Source of the DNA: Ylistrum balloti
Taxonomy: Eukaryota
Length of the DNA stretch: 64,000 bases
NCBI RefSeq assembly: GCF_031769215.1
Contig: NW_026782081.1
Location: forward strand, 2,604,001-2,668,000
Direction of reading: 5' to 3'
In this document: positions 50,801 through 64,000 of the stretch, piece after piece
Numbering within the stretch: the stretch's first letter is position 1
Layout of the letters: every line of letters begins with the position of its first letter
Translations under genes and position numbers: made by a program
The notes under the pieces: model-generated
Told to the model about the DNA's origin: nothing
Databases searched by the model: none
The model's input: the letters and a program-made list of their open reading frames with translations, nothing else

Positions 50801-53075
50801 TATGTCTTTGAAACTAGTATAACCCATGTATTACTTCATTTATGTAAGTATAAATTGAATAATTATTATAAAAAAATATCCCGTCCATTTTAAAACGAAA
50901 TAGACTTGTTCTAGATGCTAGTATCATTTAGTTAACCACATATCTAAAAGTCTACCAAATAAAAATCAATTTAACAAAATCAGAAACAACTGTTTTTTAA
51001 AATGTTGTATTTGTTGGTAATCGTGATACATACATTTTATCAGTTATCTGAACTATGATCGATACTTACATCATTTAATTCATAATGATATTCGCTAGAT
51101 TGTCAAATTTAAATTATTACACCTGTTATCACCTGCATATAAATGCCATATTGCATGGTTGTAGTAGTTGTATTTATATACCAAATAGAGATATATTCTA
51201 TTTATCAGACTTTATATCACAACCAAAAAGAGTTTTGGTTATGATTATGCTGACATGTTGGTATTTTTTCCCCAGACTCTCCAACAGAACTTGAATACTT
51301 GCACTTATAACAATCTGTGTATACAATGTCATATGATACGGTTGTAACCCTTGTAATTATAACAAAATGGAGACGTCCTATTTCGTTTATCAAACTTTAT
51401 ATCATTGCCAAAATGATTATCTTTAATATAATGTTTGATTTACCCTTACTATTTTGGAACATGTATATTTCACAGAATTAAGAAATATTTTGTTATATGT
51501 TTAGGTTTATTTTATCTATTGAGGTAATGGTGGACTACAGTGATATAGCGGCACAATATATACTTAATGTACTATAAATTGTTACATAATACTCTTTGAT
51601 TCCACTTTTGTTCTGAAGTAATTAATTGTTAATTATATTCAGTAATTGAATTGGTTTTTGGCAGCTTCAATGGATTTTATTAGTTTATGTTATGCTATGA
51701 TGTTACTCATTTATATTAATTAAGGCATTATCACATATTTGCATACGTCGATGTAACCCTGCTTACAAACTGCGTATGTCTTTGTTTTCTGAAATTGTTT
51801 TTATCCACAACAGTGTACAGCTAGTGTGTTATGCATATATGACAGATCCAAAATTACTAATTACTCCATATCTGATATGAATATTAATTATTCATTGTCC
51901 ATTATTTGATGCCATTCTATAAAAATAACGGTCTTAATAATATTTGAAAATATATATCTCCAGTGCAGGGGTTAATCTCTTAGAGAGTGTTAGATTGACC
52001 TGTTTACATCAAGCATTCACTTCCCCTTATCTCAACCTATTACGTCATTGTATGTGTCTGTGTTTCTTACCCCCTTGTTGGCATGTGAAGGAAGGAGAGG
52101 ACTTAGACATGCTACATCTGATGTCTGATCCAATTTTCATACCTTTTTTGTTGAAATTAAAAAGTGAAAGCTAACATTCAGAACATGTATTTGTTAAGGT
52201 AGGTTACGTATGGTAAATAAGGTGCTGCTGTCTCTGCGAGGTAAACTATTTCTTGATCTGGGATACTAAATTATCTATCATGGTACCTTGTCACGTCGAT
52301 TAATGTAGAAGAACCACATGAGACCATATGCCATTCCGTAATACAAGACAAATGATGATGTGACAGCTAGTAGGAGGAATATCGGTAGGTTTTGTAACTT
52401 CAAGTTCTCCAGCAAGCCCCCAGATGACACTGTAGCATTCACCTCCTCATACAGGCCGAATGTATCCATCTTTGATAGCCAATGTGACTTTGTTATGTAC
52501 ACAATGCACAATAACCAGTCACCTGAAATCACAAATGCATACATATTGTCACTAAATACTGGTGCTTAAACTCGTGTAGGTTCTGCAAGTGTAATTACGA
52601 TATAGTGACAATATGATCATATCCCAAAAATCTCCATACTACGGTGACTTAGTGCCAAATAAATTAATGGTCGGTTGTGTATGACTATTACAGTCTCTCA
52701 TTATATCCTAAAGGTGTATGATGAATTCACATAAAATAATAATATCATTGATTAAATAAAACGTTTGAGTCTGTATTCTGGGTTATGGGTGATTTTACAT
52801 GGTGTCTATATACTGCTAAATTCATGCTTAATAAAATTTGATCATATCAAGATCAGTTTTCAACTCTATGCAAAACAGTTATTGAACTGGTGTTAGAAGC
52901 TACAGTACATTTAAATCAAATGTGCATTCGCTATTCATGTTTAGCTGAAATAAACTCAGACGTTAACAAGCACTATACTGAGAATACCTCTTGTTGCTGT
53001 CGCTGCAATAAAAACCAAAATCGTAAAGGCCACCTTCGTGGCTCCATCTTTCATTTGTTGTGACATGTAAACCAT
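44877..53075 (-). CDS. Sterol desaturase / fatty-acid hydroxylase superfamily protein, paralog B, ~324 aa
   Basis: Six exons with the same phases as paralog A: 53075-52988, 52522-52287, 48816-48681, 47207-46941, 45411-45291, 45003-44877 (975 nt). His boxes HRMLH, HKVHH, HDNHH. All splice sites are GT-AG. Confidence 0.92.
45718..46337. repeat. 60-bp minisatellite, 10 copies plus a partial copy, in desaturase B intron 4
   Basis: Unit AGCAGAAACAAGC(T/A)GGAGAAGGAAGGTAGCTGGAACACAGAAAAC(G/A)CAGTCACAGGAG(G/T)T. The T/A variant mostly alternates, giving a 120-bp higher-order dimer. Confidence 0.97.
46700..46750 (-). ncRNA. Candidate minimal type I hammerhead ribozyme (core-intact copy)
   Basis: The minus strand reads ATGTAT-CGC-CTGAAGA-T-GGC-AGTTAG-GCC-T-GAAA-ACGT-TA-GCG-GA-ATACAT. 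It has CUGANGA and GAAA cores, a bulged helix I, a short helix II and a palindromic AACGTT helix III. The U.U at the base of helix II is non-canonical. Confidence 0.6.
46800..46850 (+). ncRNA. Second hammerhead-like copy, core-mutated (CUCAAGA)
   Basis: ATGTAT-CGC-CTCAAGA-T-GGCC-GTTA-GGCC-T-GAAA-ACGT-TA-CCG-GA-ATACAT. Helix II is better (4 bp), but the core has a G-to-C change and helix I has a mismatch. Confidence 0.45.
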
Positions 53076-56000
53076 CTTGAAACAAACTACACAGAGTTCT
53101 AAATACCAGCTATTAATATCTGCATATGTGCAATACGTTCGTCACGGCTTGTTGTTTTGTAAAACCTTGTGAATAAAGGGTACCCGCTTACTCAATATGA
53201 CACGATATGGTAGACTGTGGGTTTAGTTGGATGGAATCACTTTATATTGGAATACAAATTTATTATTTATTTAATGGTTTGACGTCCACTGTCATGGCCT
53301 TTTGGCCTTTCAGTGAAGACTAAGAATACGAAACTACTGCCTGTCATATAAATGTTCGTGATTGAACGACAACCGGTGTAATATCATATTTGTATCCCCC
53401 TGTAATAAAAGTACCTTTTCCTCTACCCTAAACACATCCGGGGATAATTGTTTTGTTCATCCTGAAATTATCACCTTGCAATATTTGTAGCGACCTTACA
53501 GGATGTTACTGTTTTGTTGTGTTATAAGATACTCCAAGTGTACTTCTACAGGTGTCAAGGTAACTGATCACACCTGGTCAGATAGGAGTTATGGTTATAC
53601 ACTTTATAACATCTATATAGTGTGTGTTGGATGAGCAGGGACAGGTGTCAATACAGGTGTAAAGCCATTAGTAAGAAGACAATTAGATGATGATGGGCTT
53701 ATATCAAGAGTACCTGTCATTTATATGAAAAGTACATGTAGACGAATGTTACCAATGATAATTCATTGTAAATTGGTTCTGATTGGAAAACATATACTTC
53801 TTAATCATTTGAACACATACAATTTCTTCACATGTATTTACTAAATGTCGAAACATATCACATTTCAAAGAGTGTATAAATTAAGGCAAATTCTAAAAAT
53901 GTCATGATGTAGACTTAAAACATCAGAATATTGAAGATGATTACAAAAAAAAAAAAAAAAAAACATATAAAAAACAATTTTTATTGGTGTGTTATTCCCG
54001 TTTTAATCATACTTCAACTGTCAAGTAAAAATAGTGATATAATAACATTTTCTTGGGGAAATTTGGGTACAGAAATTCAATACAGTGGCTGGCACGAAGG
54101 TTTTAATACAAACTCAAGTTTAATTATAGAATTTGGACATAGAAAATCTATACAGTATTTTCTCCAATGAAATAGTACCGTATAGAACAGGAGGGACAAT
54201 AGTCATCAGATAGGAGCATTTAGTAGGGAGAGATACACCAAATAGAGAGTGTGAATACATACAATGTCCGTGTAGACAATAGTTGTCAGAAAAAATGTAG
54301 GGGGGGGGCGTGGGATTAATCAGATTTATATATATTGAGGAGACATATATAACAGGCATCAGAAGAAATATTATATGGTCGTGTATTATACCATATATTG
54401 GGAGATATGTATATGATGGTCATCAGAAAAGTATCGAGAGAAATGTATTAGACATGACTACTCACTGACAGGTATGACATCTACTGTCCTGTTCATGTAA
54501 CACTGCCAGGTCAGGTGTCGTTAATTAATTACAAATCGAACATTCACTCTGATATTTGTACGGGTATCTGTGTTTTTTATGACTATTTCTTAAAAATGAA
54601 ATATGTGTATAGTAAATACAATTCGATGGATGTAGCTGATGCCCTATTTGTTCTCTGTATTCTTGTCCTTTCAATCATATTTAATGATGTTGCTATATAT
54701 TTTCATGTGTTGTATCAGTGTAATCTGCTGAAAAAAATGTATCTTTAATCTCTATTAAAAAACTAAATAAAAAAAAAGATATAAATTATAAAACTGGTTT
54801 TGTAGCATTTTCGTCCAGGATGGTTGACATGTTTGTAAAACTTAACGACCAACTGATTAATAGATAAGTTAAGCCTAAGTTAAAACCATACCATTGCTAA
54901 TCCGATTTCTGTCCAAGGAAATAAAAAGAAACACATGGTGTTTCCATAGCTTCCACAATGGTTGGCATCGTTATCGACATAGAATTTCTTCTTGAATCAT
55001 GCTCAAATAATGGGTTGTTCAATATGTTTGCCGTGAGAGTAACTCATTTAAGACGTACAAACATACAGTGTTCTGTTAATTCTAACACTATAATATGTAT
55101 GTAATAATCCCATATTGCACCTACAATATACAGTATCATTACAAATTACATGCACATAACGTATGGTCTTATTCAGCATAAACTCATAGGGAGGAATATA
55201 GCGATATTTTCAATCTCGCTTACCAAAAAATACGGGTATTTGTCACACTTGTGAAGTATGTGTCAAAGCCACTTGCAAACTATTAAGTATTCTCCATATA
55301 GCAGGTTGTTCATGGAACAAGTTTGAAATACATTTGTTTTTTTGTGAAGAAATCTTACAATTTGGGCTCATGTAAGCTATTCTAAATCATGTTGAAATCT
55401 TTGAATTTGAGACAATAAAATAGCATGTCCATCTTATTTTAAAACTGACATACATTTAGTGTATTGTATACACGTAACAATGTCAACCTGACGAGGTGAA
55501 TGATCGTGGTTTTCATATAACAGATAACTTGAATTATGAACATCGCAATGTATGGAATGGAAGTGTTGGAAATAACCACTTTATTTCATGCATATCCAAT
55601 ATCAGTGAGGCATGATCATCTTTAAATATACAAATAATCACCAAATATGGACCGGGTATCCTTAAGGTAACCCATATCTGTCCTATAATCCCAATGTAGA
55701 TAAGGGTATTTAGAGAGGTACATTCGGGGTACTCTTGGGTTTGTACATAAATCTATGTATTATCAACCTGATATATTGTCAAAATGAAAATCCCGCCTTA
55801 TCATTTTTACGTCGAAATAAAGATTAGGGATGAGCGTTAGAGGAATGGAACATAAGGGATTAAATTAGGGGCTGACCATGGTCCTGATAAACGTCGAGTA
55901 GAGGAATAGTGCAAGACTGGATATACTTTGAAAGGATCTACAACTATCTCAGTAACATAGATTCCCAGTATTGTCCAACATGTTACCCTTAGAGGTACTC

Positions 56001-56281
56001 GTGCATTCCACAAATGCTGCGATGATACTGTGATGCTCAAATATTTATGATAACAAGAATTGATAAAGGTTCAGTATATGATTTAAAGTTTGTCTGAAGA
56101 CGACCGGTAAGTCTTTATTACTTATATATCAGATAGATCTATATTGCGTTACTTGTGTAGGATCTTTAAATCACTTATATAATTTTATGACTTCATGTTG
56201 TAAATGAATATTTTCTGACGTGTGTAGATACTTTATGTTAGCATTAGTAGTGTTAATATGTCGCATTATTTATTTTGGTAG

Positions 56282-56580
56282 TTTATAGATACATTTGTAT
56301 AACGGAACACAGTTTATAGATACACTTGTATCACGGAACACATTTTATAGATACACATGTATCACGGAACACAGTTTATAGATATATATGTATCACAGAA
56401 CACAGTTTATAGATATATATGTATCACGGAACACAGTTTATAGATACACTTGTATCACGGAACACGGTTTATAGATACACTTTTATCACGGAACACATTT
56501 TATAGACACACTTGTATCAAAGAACACAGTTTTTAAATACACCTGTATCACAGAACACAGTTAATAGATACACGTGTATC
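56282..56580. repeat. 31-bp minisatellite, ~9 copies
   Basis: Unit TTTATAGATACACTTGTATCACGGAACACAG. Most units contain the small inverted pair GATAC-N4-GTATC, and units abut without spacers. Confidence 0.92.
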
Positions 56581-57182
56581 GACATGTATTGCGAATTGAA
56601 GTTTTGAAACGTTACGTTGCATAATTTGTTAATTCAACTCATAATCAATTACATGTACACGATTATGATGCTAAAAGTTTTCAGTGTATGAATGAACCAG
56701 GATACAGGGTGTGTTAATGGTGTATCTACGTGTGTATCTACATAGTTGGATACACGAGACGTTGTGGTTTGTTTATCTCCCATATGACAGGTTAAAAGGA
56801 TGTCTCGAAGCTGAGATATGTTTATCAGAAATACTTTGTACTGTCCCGTATTTAAGTGTCGATTAATGACGTAAAAACAGGTCAGCTTTGTTACCTAACA
56901 AGCAGATCATCCTAAGAAGAACAATATTTATATTATCAACACCAACGTCATCGAGAGGGATGTCAATATCAATGTACTATCTTACAGTAAGGCTGGTTGT
57001 GCGCTTCCAGCGGGAGCAACAACATTGATAAATCAAAGCTGCACCACTTCTTTCAAAATTATTCAAATTTTCATGTATGGAACTAGTCAGATAAGTAACA
57101 TAAAAAAAAATATCGACATGTTAACAGACTTGAACTGAAACAAAATTGAAACAAAAGAAATATCTACACGTGGAAAGTACTA

Positions 57183-57293
57183 GGAGAATAGGACCAGGTG
57201 TTCCGGAAGGGTAGGCGTCTTCTTCTCGACAACATCCGCCATGTAAATCTTGGTCAATCAAAATAAGCAATGTCATGTCCCAAATGAGAACAA
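57183..57293 (+). repeat. Dispersed repeat, copy 4
   Basis: GGAGAATAGGACCAGGTGTTCCGGAAGGGTAGGCGT... matches 383-418 and extends in agreement with 30481-30580. Confidence 0.75.
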
Positions 57294-57704
57294 TTAAACA
57301 CCAAGCAAACTAACGAGCACCACACACGTCCAACTTCATATCGCACAAAGAAATGTTGTTGGAGGAGATGACAAACTTCGTACATTTACTAGTATCTACT
57401 AGCAGTGAGTTAAAGTATTATCATAGTATACATCATTCACTTGTCTTGATTTACCAGGGCTTTTATCTTACAAACTACCAATCGAGTTTTATCAGCTGAT
57501 AAATATCATTCTTGTTCCTCTGAATAACGGGGGAGGGGGAAGGGGTGGCGTTGGTAGTGAGTGTTATTCGCTACACCACTTGAATCAGGGATGCGATAGT
57601 ATTATATCAAACAAACACATAACCTATATCAAAAATGTTCATATTGTTGAAATGTGTGGGTTTTATTTATTAATTTATTTTGATCTTTTTACAGAATTGA
57701 CAAG

Positions 57705-63835
<6,131 letters not shown>

Positions 63836-63917
63836 CGTGTTCCCAAGGAACGTATGACGTATTTTCGGGGAACGCAATATCTGCTGATTTGCATGTTCCT
63901 GAGATCTTTGAAAGGAT

Positions 63918-63923
63918 AATAAA
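63918..63923 (+). terminator. Candidate polyadenylation signal of the SLC3 gene
   Basis: AATAAA ~80 nt after the stop codon. The hexamer is common in AT-rich DNA. Confidence 0.35.
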
Positions 63924-64000
63924 CACTGAAAACTGATAACTGAATCAACTAAATGAAATGAAACTGCGAAGAACAACTGGATAAAAACTATTGTGTGTGT

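Noticed and set aside
56093-56120. CTGAAGA-CGAC-CGGTAA-GTC hammerhead-like start
   Set aside because: It is followed by TTTA instead of GAAA, and there is no helix III or helix I.
56282-56580. CRISPR-like 31-bp repeats with an internal palindrome
   Set aside because: Units abut with no unique spacers, there are no cas genes, and the context is eukaryotic. The same reasoning applies to the 20-, 33- and 44-bp arrays.
57529-57549. G-quadruplex upstream of the SLC3 start exon
   Set aside because: There are only three runs of three or more G plus a GG, and no other support.

Overview
AT-rich, intron-rich animal genomic DNA, probably a bivalve mollusc (inferred from repeat types and gene families, not proven). 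No prokaryotic features were seen: no CRISPR array, rRNA or true tRNA. The ORF track is mostly noise, so I rebuilt genes by hand from GT-AG boundaries and phase continuity. The window holds six coding loci: a 5' part of an nrf-6/OACYL-like acyltransferase gene (-, runs off the left edge), a complete 10-exon N-acetylneuraminate lyase (+, 3970-10762), an orphan 292-aa ORF (-, 13054-13932), two tandem 6-exon sterol-desaturase-family paralogs (-, 29380-39677 and 44877-53075), and a complete 11-exon SLC3/rBAT-like heavy chain (+, 57705-63835). Introns and intergenic DNA carry retroelement relics, a tRNA-derived SINE, a Helentron/HINE-like element and many minisatellites (20, 31, 33, 44, 60, 71 and ~360 bp units). 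The best leads are: (1) a ~208-bp fold-back element in desaturase B intron 4 whose arms are minimal type I hammerhead-ribozyme motifs, with the core-intact copy on the host's sense strand and preceded by its own antisense; (2) a conserved antisense exon-like block at the same intronic position in both desaturase paralogs; (3) an in-frame duplicated splice donor in NPL; (4) a 4-nt deletion that removed a consensus donor in desaturase A.
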